DNA of 64,000 nt from Eledone cirrhosa (taxonomy: Eukaryota): assembly GCA_964016885.1 (NCBI GenBank), contig OZ024752.1, positions 35,960,001 to 36,024,000 of the forward strand, in the 5' to 3' direction. Positions 42,461-56,480 of the stretch are shown one piece after another. The notes below the pieces were generated by a model, which ran no database searches, had not been told where the DNA came from, and saw only the letters and a list, made by a program, of their open reading frames with translations. The first letter of the stretch is position 1, and the number at the start of each line of letters is the position of its first letter. Both the position numbers and the translations under genes were made by a program.

Positions 42461-43036
42461 TGTCAGGTCACCAGTTGGTGCTACTGGTAACATGTATCCC
42501 AGTACAACCTGTCTCATGGTCGGGTCGTTGGCGACTAAACTGGCAACCCCACCAAGGTTTCTTGGTGAGGAGGGTGACTTTGGACATCCTGCAGGACTAA
42601 AAACAAAACCTGTCAAAGGGCAAAGGAGCTCTTAAGAGTCAATGGCCATCCAAAATCACCGCAGAATTCTAGAAGGAAAACTCTGATATAACACCTGCAA
42701 CCCTGATGGTATCATATGATGTTGACTTGTTCTTCTTTTTGGTAAATATCATCTTGGTTAAGAGAGTGGGACTGGCTTTGTGCAGTGCCTTTGCTCACTA
42801 TAAAAGCTTCACGGCACAGGCATTGCTTTATATCTGGAGATCTCTCTGCACTTGTCCTCACATGGTACCATGGGCCCAGCACTGTGTGTCAATAATTGTC
42901 ACAAGTGTAGTGTTTGTACCAGAGTTTTCAAGTCGCTGGCTGGACTAAAAAGTCACACTCGTTCAGCGCATCGGTACGGGTTCTCCTACATGGATATAAA
43001 GTAGTGGCCGTACTCGAAAACGAGTTGGCAGCCACC
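42461..43036 (+). mobile_element. Non-autonomous RTE-derived retroposon copy
   Basis: Near-identical to 39238-39846 with small internal deletions; inserted in (TA)n. Confidence 0.8.
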
Positions 43037-43220
<184 letters not shown>

Positions 43221-43406
43221 ATATGTATGTATATATATATGTATGTATGTATATATGTATGTATATATATATGTATGTATGTATATATGTATGTATATAT
43301 GTATGTATGTATATATATATATGTATATATATATGTATGTATGTATATATATATATGTATGTATATATATATGTATGTATATATATATGTATGTATATAT
43401 ATATAT

Positions 43407-43456
<50 letters not shown>

Positions 43457-43457
43457 G

Positions 43458-43610
<153 letters not shown>

Positions 43611-43745
43611 CCAATTTTAGTACACCATTAACGAAGCTTTTGGCTGCGGCTAAGCTAACGAATACAAATTCGGAATGTAGCTTTAGCACTCGATGGAGAA
43701 TAATACCCCACAGTTATAACAATACGTTTAGACAGCTTTGCTAAT

Positions 43746-43821
<76 letters not shown>

Positions 43822-44421
43822 GTTTACCTATAAACATACCGTATTTCTTTAGAAATAGGCATCTTTATCTTATTATAAAAATGGCTTCTACAGACTAGAA
43901 CTGTTTCATTCGTAAGAAATTATAAATGATTATAAATAATTGTTTCTACTTTTGGCACAAGACCAGCAATTATCCAGTACATTACTGGTACTTTATTTTA
44001 TCGACCCCATAAGGATGAAAGGCAAAGTTAACCTCGACGGGATTTGTATAAATAATGGTTTGAGAAACTAGGGTAAAATATTCCGAGAGGAAAAGTAGAC
44101 AACGGCGTCTGTGAGGAATAAAACCCCACCTCTCACGGATGCCGTGAGGAGTGCGTTGTCATGACTACATTTCAAATTTCAAACTTTTTCCAATGATTCT
44201 TAAGTAGAGCAGAAAACAGGACTAAAAAACAACAACAAAAATATCAAGAAAAAGAAACTTAAGCACTCAAATGGGTTTATGATGCCATTTCTTGAACAAT
44301 ACTGTCTTTCTTTAGTGTCAAAACTTACTGTTGACTGCATCCGAAATTATTGTAGAACAACTTACCAGTGTATCAAACGAGGAAAGAACTAAAAGTATAT
44401 TTCAAAGAAGCAGACGATAAT

Positions 44422-44644
44422 GATTTCTAGTATAGGCACAAGGCCAGTAATTGGGGGGGGGGGGGGGGAGAAAGTCGATTAAATCGACCCCAGTACGTTA
44501 CTGTTGCTTTATTTTATCGACCCCGTAAGGATGAAAGGCAAAGTTAACCTTGGCAGGATTTGAACTCAGACCGTAAAGGGTCGTAACTCTATGCTGCAAA
44601 GCATGGTGTCCGACTCTCTACCGATACTGCCAATCCACCGCCCT
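44422..44644 (-). mobile_element. Full-length Nin/Deu SINE with 18-bp TSD
   Basis: aaagaagcagacgataat at 44404-44421 and 44645-44662. Confidence 0.9.
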
Positions 44645-45104
44645 AAAGAAGCAGACGATAATAAAGCTTTGAATATTGAAAAGCAATATAATGAGGAGTA
44701 GCAAAAAGAATCATACTGCATCAGTTAATCTTCGCGCGGACCAACAAGGGACGCGTTCAGGCCTTAGGTAAAAGGGATGTTCTAAATAAGTCTTTCTACT
44801 TTTGGCACAAGGCCAGCAATTACCCAGTGCATTACTGGTACTTTATTTTATCGACCCCCGTAAGGATGAAAGGCAAAGTCAACCTTGGCGGGATTTGAAC
44901 TCAGATCGTAAAGGGACGTAACTATGCTGGAAAGTATGACGTCCGACTCTCTACCGAGTGCAGTCTCCATCTCATGCTGTAAAAACTGGTAATGGGCCCG
45001 CCTGCGACCTGTTCTGGGAGCTGTGGGATGGATGCACAAAGTTCCCCCATGACCTCTCATGCATACGAGGACGAAGAAGAAATTATTATACAAGGGGCAG
45101 CTGA

Positions 45105-45750
45105 AAAGATCATAGGCTGACCAAGATACTCTCATGGAATGACCAAATGAGATTTATTTGTCTACATAGTCCCTAGAAAGAAGCAATATAGTTATTAATA
45201 AGAAGAAGCGTTGAAATTAATGCATACAAGATTTCACAGCCCTAGCATCACTCCTTCATAGGCTGACCAAAGTCCCAGGACAGAAACAGTGCAGTTATTA
45301 ATAAGAAGAGTTGAAATTAATGCATGCAAGATTTCACAGCCCTAGCATCACTCCTTCATAGGCTGACCAAAGTCCCAGGACAGAAACAGTGCAGTTATTA
45401 ATAAGAAGAGTTGAAATTAATGCATGCAAGATTTCACAGCTCTAGCATCACTCCTTCACAGGCTGACCAAGAAACACTTATAGAATGACCAAATGAGATT
45501 TATTTTTCAACATAGCCCCTAGAAACAAAGAATGCAGTTGTTAATAAGAAGAGTTGCAATTAATGCATACAAGGTTTCACAGCTTTAGCATCACTCCTTT
45601 ATAAGCTGACCAAGATACTCTCATGGAATGACCAAATGAGATTTATTTTTCAACATAGCCCCTAGAAAGAAACAATGCAGTTGTTAATAAGAAGAGTTGC
45701 AATTAATGCATACAAGGTTCCACAGCTCTAGCATCTCTCCTTCATAGTGA
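45105..45750. repeat. Tandem repeat, 100/~143-bp units
   Basis: gcagttattaataagaagagttgaaattaatgcat...ctagcatcactccttcataggctgaccaa occurs five times. Inverted fragments at ~3365-3405 and ~3810-3890. Confidence 0.85.
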
Positions 45751-45944
45751 ACATTTCAGTCTACCCTCGTATTTATCTCTGTTGGTGCAGAATTAATATA
45801 TTTGGCTGAAGGTTTCTACTGTTCGCTTGAAACCGTCACATAGCAGTCATAAGGCGAAAGAATTTGACTGCATGAGTCTACTTGAGATCAAGCACGCCAA
45901 TAGCAAATGGTCAAGACAGATTCTAGTATTAATACTGATTTTAA

Positions 45945-46465
45945 GAGGGTGAATTGGCAGAATCGGTAGAGCGTCAGACAAAATGCTTTGCAGTATCTCG
46001 GTGGATTGGCGGTATCGGTAGAGCGTCGGACGCCATGCTTTCCAGCATAGTTACGTGCCTTTACGATCTGAGTTCAAATCCCGCCGAGGTTAACTTTGCC
46101 TTTCATCCTTACGGGGTCGATAAAATAGAGTACCAGTAATGTACTGAGTAATTGCTGGCCTTGTGCCTAAAGTAGAAACAAGTATCTATTTATGGCTCTT
46201 TACGTTCTCAGTTCAAATCCCGCCGAGGTTAACTTTGCCTTTCATCCTTACGGGGTCGATAAAATAAAGTACCAGTAATGCACTGGGTAATTGCTGGCCT
46301 TGTGCCTAAAGTAGAAACAAGTATCTATTTATGGCTCTTTACGTTCTCAGTTCAAATCCTACCGATGTCAGCTTTGCCTTTCATCCTTACGGGGTCGATA
46401 AAATAACCAGTCACGCACTTCGGTCGATTTAATCAACTTTCTCCTTCCCTTCAAATTGCTGGATT
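45945..46465 (+). mobile_element. Nested/tandem Nin/Deu SINE copies
   Basis: Family consensus; the tgtgcctaaagtagaaacaagtatctatttatggctc block is duplicated. Confidence 0.85.
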
Positions 46466-46469
46466 TTAA

Positions 46470-47050
46470 AGAGAAAATAAAGCCAATAAAATACTCTTTT
46501 CTTTTTATTTATCCAATGAAAACAAAAGGATTCTGAAAAGACGGTGGAAGTAATTTTTCGAGCAGCTTGTAAAACTGAAAATGTTAGAAGACCGTCGATC
46601 TCTGTCTATAATACTGCAGTTATTGTTAAAAATAAAAATGGCATTCAGCAGGATTAATGAAAAATTGCGAAGCTATTTTTGTGAATTGCGAATTGCATAA
46701 TTCTGTATTCTCTCGATTTAGTTGCAGCCATTGTAGCTAACCATGATGTATTGGTGATAACATTTTGGTATAAATTCAGTCACTTCATTCACTCGTTTCC
46801 TGCACAATTCTCCGTTGGCAAAAGCTGAAAGATGTCATATTAATAGTTGTCAAATCTAAATATGAAACTCTTATTTCAGAACAAACTCTGTGAAAGCGTT
46901 TAATGAAAATCTTGATATCACAGTGGAACTTTTTGCAATGGTCGATTATCATAATGAAGCTGTTGATACAAGAGGTGATACAAGACAGCTGCTGTATCAA
47001 ATTGTTGATACAAGAGGTGCTATAAGACAGCTGCTGTATCAAACTGTTGA
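46470..47050 (+). pseudogene. Degraded hAT transposase fragment
   Basis: Across frameshifts: KNGIQQ..NEK..AIFVNC..HNS..SLDLV, ITF.GIIQSL.....LRWQKLKD...VVKSKYET, KAFNENL...ELF.M.D...AVDTRGD.RQLL. This resembles the hAT CxxH and TRW region. Confidence 0.6.
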
Positions 47051-47109
47051 TATTATAGATGATTCTTGGTCATGCTTGGGTTTGGAAATAAAATTCTTAT
47101 TAGATGTGA

Positions 47110-47205
47110 TTGTCTCACGAAAGAATCGCTGGACAGATTTTAGGGACAAAACCAAACGGCAGGAGACTCAGGGGTAGACCCCAAGCAAGATGGTTGGATA
47201 ACATC
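47110..47205 (+). pseudogene. RTE LINE C-terminal fragment
   Basis: ERIAGQILGTKPNGRRLRGRPQARWLDNI (GxRxRGRPxxRW motif). Confidence 0.75.
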
Positions 47206-47835
47206 TGTGGAAGAAGTCTATTGTATTCAGACCCTAGAGAGGGACGGGCTCCACCAGTCTTAAGATGTCCAAGCATCTCCGCATGTCAATATGGTGGCGC
47301 CCCTACACCTTCCCCAGGAGTTATGGGACTATCACATCACACTCTATTTTAAAACACTGTATTTTCAAATAAATATGTCTCTTTAAAACACTTTCTTGTA
47401 ATGACATGACAGCTGTTGGTGCTCCTTCTACATCAGAGTCAATACTTCTTATTTATTAACAGATTGTTCTTGCTCAAGAACACAATACATAACCCAGTTC
47501 AAGAATCGACCCTACAGCATTATGATCGTAAGTTCAACACATTTACCACTAGGCCACGCTGTCTAGTGTAGCGGCAGCAACAATAAATAAGAAGTATTGA
47601 CTCTGATGTAGAAGGAGCACCAACAGCTGTCATGTCATTACAAGAGAGTGTTTTAAAGAGGCATATTTATTTGAAAATACAGTGTTTTAAAATAGAGTGT
47701 GATGTGATAGTCCCATAACTCCTGGGGAAGGTGTAGGGGCGTAACCATATTGACATGCGGAGATGCTTGGACATCTTAAGACTGGTGGAGCCCGTCCCTC
47801 TCTAGGGTCTGAATACAATAGACTTCTTCCACAGA
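47205..47835. repeat. ~255-bp inverted repeat with a SINE fragment as spacer
   Basis: 47205-47460 is mirrored by 47583-47835. Confidence 0.9.
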
Positions 47836-49039
47836 AGGATAGAGAAAGTGAGATAATGGAAATGAGAAAGATATATAGAGAAAGAACTGACCCCAGTATT
47901 TGACTGGTATTTTTTTTTTTATCGACCTCGAATAAATGAAAGGCAAAGGTGACTTTGACGGGATTTGAACTCAGAGTGCAGAGAGCCGAAACAAATACCG
48001 CAAAACATTCTATCTGACGTTCTAACGACAGTGTCAATTCGCCGCCTAAAGACACAAGTGTTTTAAGGACATATTTTTTCGAAAATGCAGTGTTTTAAAG
48101 AGATATGCAGTGTTTTAAAGACATATGCAGTGTTTTAAAAACGCATTCATTTCAAAATTTAGAATAAGTTTCTGTGTGTTCTTACGTAATCACAAATACG
48201 TTTATTTCTAAATTCCATTTTTCATAAGTTTGGCTCATTTCTTTGACACTTTGGACATCTTCAATTCATTTTATTTTGTGATCAGGAAAACGAGTCTTAT
48301 TAATAAAAAAATATATTTAGAAATACGCTTATCTTTGTTACATAAGAACTCAAATTTAATTAATTATCATTTTCAAATAGATGAGTCTTTAAAACACTGG
48401 CTATGTCTTGTATTAACGGCTGCTGCTGCTTGTGCTGCTGCAGTATATCTCATTGTTTATTGTTACTTCTGCTTTAGGCGGTAAATTGGCAGAGTAGTTA
48501 AAACGTCAGCTAGAAGGCTTTCTTGTATTCGTTTCGACTGAATTCAAATCCCACCGAGGTCAACTTTGCCTTTTATCTATTCCAGGTCGATAAAAAAAGG
48601 TACCAGTCTAGTACTGGGGGTCGATTCTTCCTCTAATATCCCTTTCTCACTTCCATTCTGTCACACTCTCTATCCTTCTCTGGAAGAAATCTGCTGAATT
48701 CAGACCTGGGGAGGAGATGGGCTCTGCCAAGTTTAAAAAGTTCCCTAAAAACGCCATATATCAATATGGCGGTCCTACGACTTCCTCGGGAGTTACGGAA
48801 CTATGCATATATTCATATTCTTGTTGCTACATGAATTCTCGCCTCCCTTCAAATCTATTTACACCTGAGAAATCGTTTTAATCGTTAAAAAAGACAACCG
48901 ACCAGATTTCTAGTTTTCCATGTTCACAAGAGTGTGACAGAGTCAACAACGGGCGTCTTTCTTATATGGTGAATGAAGTGAAAAGGAAACGGAAAATAGA
49001 AAGTTCCGTTGGCCAGAGAACTCTACACACAAAACACCT

Positions 49040-49505
49040 ATGGATGACCTATAACTGACCTATGGCTGAACTGTGACTAACCTGGGGCGGACATGTGACT
49101 GACATGTGACTGATGGGCTGACCTATGACTTAACTGTGGCTGACGTGGGTGACCTATAGATGACCTAGGGCTGAACTGTGGCTGACGTGGGTGACCTATA
49201 GATGACCTAGGGCTGAACTGTGGCTGATCTGTGGCTGACGTAGCTGACCTATAGATGACCTAGGGCTGAACTGTGACTGACCTGATGCTGACCCATGGCT
49301 TAACTGTGGCTGACCTAGGGCTGAACTGTGGCTGACCTATAGATGACCTAGGGCTGAACTGTGGCTGATCTGTGGCTGACCTGATGCTGACCAATGACTG
49401 AACTGTGGCTAATCTGTGGCTGACGTGGCTGACCTATAGATGACCTAGGGCTGAACTGTGGCTGACCTGTGGCTGACGTGGTTGACCTATGGATGACCTG
49501 GAACT
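49040..49505. repeat. ~11-bp minisatellite (tgacct/tgaact-n5)
   Basis: e.g. tgacct ataga tgacct agggc tgaact gtggc tgacgt. Confidence 0.9.
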
Positions 49506-49703
49506 ATACAAGAAATATAGCAGTGTGTGTGTGCCATCTGTCAGAAGCATTTGATCTTAGTTAACAACTGTTGTCACAACAGGCTGGTGACTTAATTGAT
49601 ACCTTTAGTTCTTTAATTAATTAAACAATTAGAGTGGAAATGAATGTTTCAAATTAGGAAAGCTACAACAGACCCCTGCCAACCTCTAAAAACTCAAACG
49701 TGA

Positions 49704-49734
<31 letters not shown>

Positions 49735-49882
49735 CCCAAAAATGTGCCCCAAAACGGAGAGAAATGAAGCAAAATGTGGAGATTTTACATAATGAAAACT
49801 ATACCCATTTTCACAAGAGAAGACATTTCTCACCCACCCCAATGTGGGTGGGAGATCTCCCCGTCGGACGGGGAGAGTTGAC

Positions 49883-52800
49883 AGGTCTGCTACATGTAAA
49901 GACTGTGTGTAGCCAGCTGTGTATAGGGGGGGGGCTACATGTTAAGACTGTGTGTAGCCAGCTGTGTATAGGGGGAGGCTACATGTTAAGATTGTGTGTA
50001 GCTAGCTGTGTATAGAGAGGCCACATGTAAAGACTGTGTTGCCAGCTGTGTATAGAGAGGCCACATGTAAAGACTGTGTGTAGTCAGCTGTGTATAGGTC
50101 TGCTACATGTAAAGACTGTGTGTAGCCAGCTGTGTATAGGTCTGCTACATGTAAAGACTGTGTGTAGCCAGCTGTGTATAGGGAGGCTACATGTAAAGAC
50201 TGTGTGTAGTCAGCTGTGTATAGAGAGGCCACATGTAAAGACTGTGTGTAGCCAGCTGTGTATAGGGAGACCACATGTAAAGACTGTGTAGCCAGTTGTA
50301 TATAGGTCTGCTACATGTAAAGACTGTGTGTAGCCAGCTGTGTATAGGGAGGCCACATGTAAAGACTGTATGTAGTCAGCTGTGTATAGGGAGGCCACAT
50401 GTAAAGACTGTGTAGCCAGTTGTGTATAGGTCTGCTACATGTAAAGACTGTGTGTAGCCAGCTGTGTATAGAGAGGCCACATGTAAAGACTGTGTGTAGT
50501 CAGCTGTGTATAGAGAGGCCACATGTAAAGACTGTGTAGCCAGCTGTGTATAGGGAGGCCACATGTAAAGACTATGTGTAGCCAGCTGTGTATAGGGAGG
50601 CCACATGTAAAGACTGTGTAGCCAGCTGTGTATAGGGAGGCCACATGTAAAGACTGTGTGTAGCCAGCTGTGTATAGGGAGGCCACATGTAAAGACTGTG
50701 TGTAGTCAGCTGTGTATAGAGAGGCCACATGTTAAGACTGTATTGCCAGCTGTGTATAGGGAGGGGAGGCTACGTGTAAAGACTGTGTGTAGTCAGCTGT
50801 GTATAGAGAGGCCACATGTAAAGACTGTGTGTAGCCAGCTGTGTATAGGGAGGCCACATGTAAAGACTGTGTAGCCAGTTGTGTATAGGGAGGCTACATG
50901 TAAAGACTGTGTGTAGTCAGCTGTGTATAGGGAGGGGAGGCTACATATAAAGACTGTGTGTAGTCAGCTGTGTATAGAGAGGCCACATGTAAAGACTGTG
51001 TGTAGCCAGCTGTGTATAGGGAGGCCACATGTAAAGACTGTGTAGCCAGTTGTGTATAGGGAGGCTACATGTAAAGACTGTGTGTAGTCAGCTGTGTATA
51101 GGGAGGGGAGGCTACATGTAAAGACTGTGTGTTGCCAGCTGTGTATAGGGAGGCCACATGTAAAGACTGTGTGTAGTCAGCTGTGTATAGAGAGGCCACA
51201 TGTAAAGACTGTGTGTAGCCAGCTGTGTATAGAGATGCCACATGTAAAGACTGTGTGTAGCCAGCTGTGTATAGGGAGGCCACATGTAAAGACTGTGTGT
51301 AGCCAGCTGTGTATAGGGAGGCCACATGTAAAGACTGTGTGTAGCCAGCTGTGTATAGGGAGGCCACATGTAAAGACTGTGTGTAGCCAGCTGTGTATAG
51401 AGAGGCTACATGTAAAGACTGTGTGTAGCCAGCTGTGTATAGGGAGGCCACATGTAAAGACTGTGTGTAGCCAGCTGTGCATAGAGAGGCTACATCTAAA
51501 GACTGTGTGTAGCCAGCTGTGTATAGGGAGGCCACATGTAAAGACTGTGTGAAGCCAGCTGTGTATAGAGAGGCCACATGTAAAGACTGTGTGTAGTCAG
51601 CTGTGTATAGGGAGGCCACATGTAAAGACTGTGTGTAGCCAGCTGTGTATAGGGAGGCCACATGTAAAGACTGTGTGTAGCCAGCTGTGTATAGGGAGGC
51701 CACATGTAAAGACTGTGTGTAGCCAGCTGTGTATAGAGAGGCCACATGTAAAGACTGTGTAGCTAGCTGTGTATAGGGAGGGGAGGCTACATGTAAAGAC
51801 TGTGTGTAGCCAGCTGTGTATAGGGAGGCCACATATAAAGACTGTGTGTAGCCAGCTGTGTATAGAGAGGCCACATGTAAAGACTGTGTGTAGTCAGCTG
51901 TGTATAGGGAGGCCACATGTAAAAACTGTGTAGCCAGCTGTGTATAGGGAGGGGAGGCCACATGTAAAAACTGTGTAGCCAGCTGTGTATAGGGAGGGGA
52001 GGCTACATGTAAAGACTGTGTGTAGCCAGCTGTGTATAGGGAGGCCACATGTAAAGACTGTGTGTAGCCAGCTGTGTATAGGGAGGCTACATGTAAAGTC
52101 TGTGTGTAGCCAGCTGTGTATAGGGAGGCTACATGTAAAGACTGTGTGTAGCCAGCTGTGTATAGGGAGGCCACATGTAAAGACTGTGTAGCCAGCTGTG
52201 TATAGGGAGGGGAGGCCACATGTAAAGACTGTGTAGCCAGCTGTGTATAGGGAGGCCACATGTAAAGACTGTGTGTACCCAGCTGTGTATAGGGAGGCTA
52301 CATGTAAAGACTGTGTTGCCAGCTGTGTATAGGGAGGCCACATGTAAAGACTGTGTGTAGCCAGCTGTGTATAGAGAGGGCACATGTAAAGACTGTGTGT
52401 AGCCAGCTGTGTATAGGGAGGCCACATGTAAAGACTGTGTGTAGCCAGCTGTGTATAGGGAGGCTACATGTAAAGACTGTGTAGCCAGCTGTGTATAGGG
52501 AGGGGAGGCTACATGTAAAGACTGTGTAGCCAGCTGTGTATAGGGAGGGGAGGCCACATGTAAAGACTGTGTAGCCAGCTGTGTATAGGGAGGGGAGGCT
52601 ACATGTAAAGACTGTGTTGCCAGCTGTGTATAGGGAGGCCACATGTAAAGACTGTGTGTAGCCAGCTGTGTATAGGGAGGCCACATGTAAAGACTGTGTG
52701 TAGTCAGCTGTGTATAGGGAGGCCACATGCAAAGACTGTGTGTAGTCAGCTGTGTATAGGGAGGCCACATGTAAAGACTGTGTGTAGGGAGGCTACATGT

Positions 52801-54545
52801 AAAGACTGTGTGTAGCCAGCTGTGTATAGGGGGGGGGGCTACATGTAAAGACTGTGTGTAGCCAGCTGTTTATAGGGACGCCACGTGTAAAGACTGTGTA
52901 GCCAGCTGTGTATAGGGAGGCCACATGTAAAGACTGTGTAGCCAGCTGTGTATAGGGAGGCCACATGTAAAGACTGTGTAGCCAGCTGTGTATAGGGAGG
53001 CCACATGTAAAGACTGTGTGTAGCCAGCTGTGTATAGGGAGGCCACATGTAAAGACTGTGTAGCCAGCTGTGTATAGGGAGGCCACATGTAAAGACTGTG
53101 TGTAGTCAGCTGTGTATAGGGAGGCCACATGTAAAGACTGTGTTGCCAGCTGTGTATAGGGAGGCCACATGTAAAGACTGTGTTGCCAGCTGTGTATAGG
53201 GAGGCCACATGTAAAGACTGTGTGTAGTCAGCTGTGTATAGGGAGGCCACATGTAAAGACTGTGTTGCCAGCTGTGTATAGGGAGGCCACATGTAAAGAC
53301 TGTGTTGCCAGCTGTGTATAGGGAGGCCACATGTAAAGACTGTGTAGCCAGCTGTGTATAGGGAGGCCACATGTAAAGACTGTGTTGCCAGCTGTGTATA
53401 GGGAGGCCACATGTAAAGACTGTGTAGTCAGCTGTGTATAGAGAGGCCACATGTAAAGACTGTGTGTAGCCAACTGTGTATAGGGAGGCCACATGTAAAG
53501 ACTGTGTTGCCAGCTGTGTATAGGGAGGCCACATGTAAAGACTGTGTTGCCAGCTGTGTATAGGGAGGCCACATGTTAAGACTGTGTTGCCAGCTGTGTA
53601 TAGGGAAGCCACATGTAAAGACTGTGTTGCCAGCTGTGTATAGGGAGGCCACATGTAAAGACTGTGTTGCCAGCTGTGTATAGGGAGGCCACATGTAAAG
53701 ACTGTGTTGCCAGCTGTGTATAGGGAGGCCACATGTAAAGACTGTGTAGGCAGCTGTGTATAGGGAGGCCACATGTAAAGACTGTGTTGCCAGCTGTGTA
53801 TAGGGAGGCCACATGTAAAGACTGTGTGTAGTCAGCTGTGTATAGAGAGGCCACATGTAAAGACTGTGTTGCCAGCTGTGTATAGGGAGGGGAGGCTACA
53901 TGTAAAGACTGTGTGTAGCCAGCTGTGTATAGAGAGGCCACATGTAAAGACTGTGTGTAGCCAGCTGTGTATAGGGAGGCCACATGTAAAGACTGTGTGT
54001 ACCCAGCTGTGTATAGGGAGGCCACATGTAAAGACTGTGTGTAGCCAGCTGTGTATAGGGAGGCCACATGTAAAGACTGTGTGTAGTCAGCTGTGTATAG
54101 AGAGGCCACATGTAAAGACTGTGTGTAGCCAGCTGTGTATAGGGAGGCCACATGTAAAGACTGTGTGTAGTCAGCTGTGTATAGAGAGGCCACATGTAAA
54201 GACTGTGTGTAGCCAGCTGTGTATAGGGAGGCCACATGTAAAGACTGTGTAGCCAGCTGTGTATAGGGAGGCTACATGTAAAGACTGTGTGTACCCAGCT
54301 GTGTATAGGGAGGCCACATGTAAAGACTGTGTAGCCAGCTGTGTATAGAGGGGAGGCTACATGTAAAGACTATGTGTACCCAGCTGTGTATAGGGAGGCC
54401 ACATGTAAAGACTGTGTAGCCAGCTGTGTATAGGGAGGCCACATGTAAAGACTGTGTGTAGCCAGCTGTGTATAGGGAGGCTACATGTAAAGACTGTGTG
54501 TACCCAGCTGTGTATAGGGAGGCCACATGTAAAGACTGTCTAGCC
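49883..54545. repeat. 42-bp satellite (40/45/47-bp variants), ~4.7 kb
   Basis: Unit acatgtaaagactgtgtgtagccagctgtgtatagggaggcc; the ORF track shows a 14-codon periodicity. Confidence 0.98.
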
Positions 54546-54848
54546 ATATTGTTGAGTGATATGGTGATGGACTTCATAAAACATTACCAGAACTAATTAA
54601 TTGCTCTGATGAGGTGATAGACTTTATCTTGTAGAGATAACATAACACATGGGAATAGAAGCATAAACAATTGATTTAAATATCTTATTGAGAGAGGGTG
54701 GAGGGGCAGACAGAGAGTGAGAATGTGTGTATGGGGGGGGGGTGTATTGAGAGATAGAGAAAGACAGAGAGGATGTGTGTGTGAGTGTGAGTGTGTGTGT
54801 GAGTGTGAGTGTGTGTGTGTAACAGAGAAAGACAGACAGAGAGGGTGT

Positions 54849-54896
<48 letters not shown>

Positions 54897-54999
54897 CAGA
54901 GAAAGACAGACAGAGAGGGTGTGAGTGTGTGTGTGGGTGGGTAACAGAGAAAGGCTGACAGAAAGCAAGAGAGACAGAGAGAGAAAGAGATAGAGAGAG

Positions 55000-55061
<62 letters not shown>

Positions 55062-55499
55062 GGAAAATGAGATAGAGGGGAAGACAGAGATAAAAAGGGG
55101 TTAACAGGTGTTCTCTGGTTTAGTCGGTAATCTAATAGCCCGTCACGTGATAGGGACATAAATGGTCTGAGTTCCTCTAGTGGTCCTCTGTCTTGTTTCT
55201 GTCTCAAATGTATGCCTACAATCCGAAGCGTAACTAGGGAAAATAGTGCCTACGGCAAACAGCGAAATTGTGCCCCTACCCAAACATGATTTTATATTAG
55301 AACATTTCATTGTGTTATAAAAATGAAATTAAATGTAATTCCAGTAAATTCTTCAAACATTCAACCTTAATTACTTAAAATGTAAGATATTTCATTAGGA
55401 ATTCGGTAACGGTGGGTTAACGTACACAACCTTGGGTGGGGTCTGTGTCTGTCGTCTGTGTATGTGTCTGTTTGCTTGTGTGTCTATGTTTATGTTTAA

Positions 55500-55542
<43 letters not shown>

Positions 55543-56149
55543 TGCTTGTGTGTGTTTTTGTGTTTAATTTTGTGAGAGTATGTATGTGTGAGAGGCGGTG
55601 GATTGCCAGTATCGATAGAGGGTCGAACGCCATGCTTTTCAAGCATGGAGTTACGGGCCGTTACGATCTGAGTTCAAATTCCGCCGAGGTTAACTTTGCC
55701 TTTCATCCTTACGGGGTCGATAAAATAAAGTACCAGTAATGCACTAAGATAATTGCTGGCCTTGTGCCAAAAGTAGGAACAATTATTTATTGTCCATCGG
55801 AAAACATCAACGAGGAATTTCCTGTAAAAATATTTAGCTCCATATTCCAGCCCCTCACTGACAAGCCTTTTTTTTCCACTTGATAAAAATAAAATAGCTT
55901 TCATTGTTAGTTAAAAGCGAAACAAGTGAATCGAACTTACTTAACCACTGAGCATCTCGTCTACAATGTGATACTGGAGATGTTATCCGGCGGTCAAATT
56001 GACAGAGTCGTTAGAACGTCAGATAGAAGAATATTTTGTGGTATTTGTTTCGGCTCTCTGTTCTTTTTACAACGTTGAAAGTCCCACATTTGTGGCTTCA
56101 GTTGTTCACTACAATTTCGAACAGTCACATTTTATTTTATTTTATTTAT

Positions 56150-56480
56150 ATACCTCTCCAAGTACCGGTCGCCGCTCTCCGACAGGTTTGCGGTCGTGCC
56201 CTTGGCAGTGGAGACTTCTGGTGTCCTTGGCCCTAGGGCTACCTCCCTACCTACCACCATAGGCGCTGAGCTGGCCAGCCGCAGGTGTGAGCCTCGCGAA
56301 CTGGAATGGCTCTTCCAGCGCATCTCCCTTACGATCCTCCGGGGAAACGCCTCCTCCATTCTGTTCGCCGGGGCTTCGGGGAGGCCAGCACGTGGGACCC
56401 CATTTGCTCACCATACGGAGAGATGGGGAGGGCGAGAGAGATGGAGGCGATGACAGTGGGAGTTCGGCTCTTCCACGTTC
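56150..56480 (+). mobile_element. CRE-clade non-LTR retrotransposon 3' end (restriction-like endonuclease C-terminus)
   Basis: PLAVETSGVLGPRA...IGAELA.....RELEWLFQRISLTILRGNASSIL matches the CRE PxAVETxGxxG and QRISxAIQRGNA motifs. Confidence 0.75.

Noticed and set aside
49764-54577. Long repetitive ORFs (HVASLYTAGYTQSL)n
   Set aside because: Satellite units of 40, 42, 45 and 47 bp shift the frame repeatedly, so there is no frame conservation.
55080-55210. Promoter suggested by a gtcacgtgat E-box
   Set aside because: A single short motif with no supporting downstream exon.
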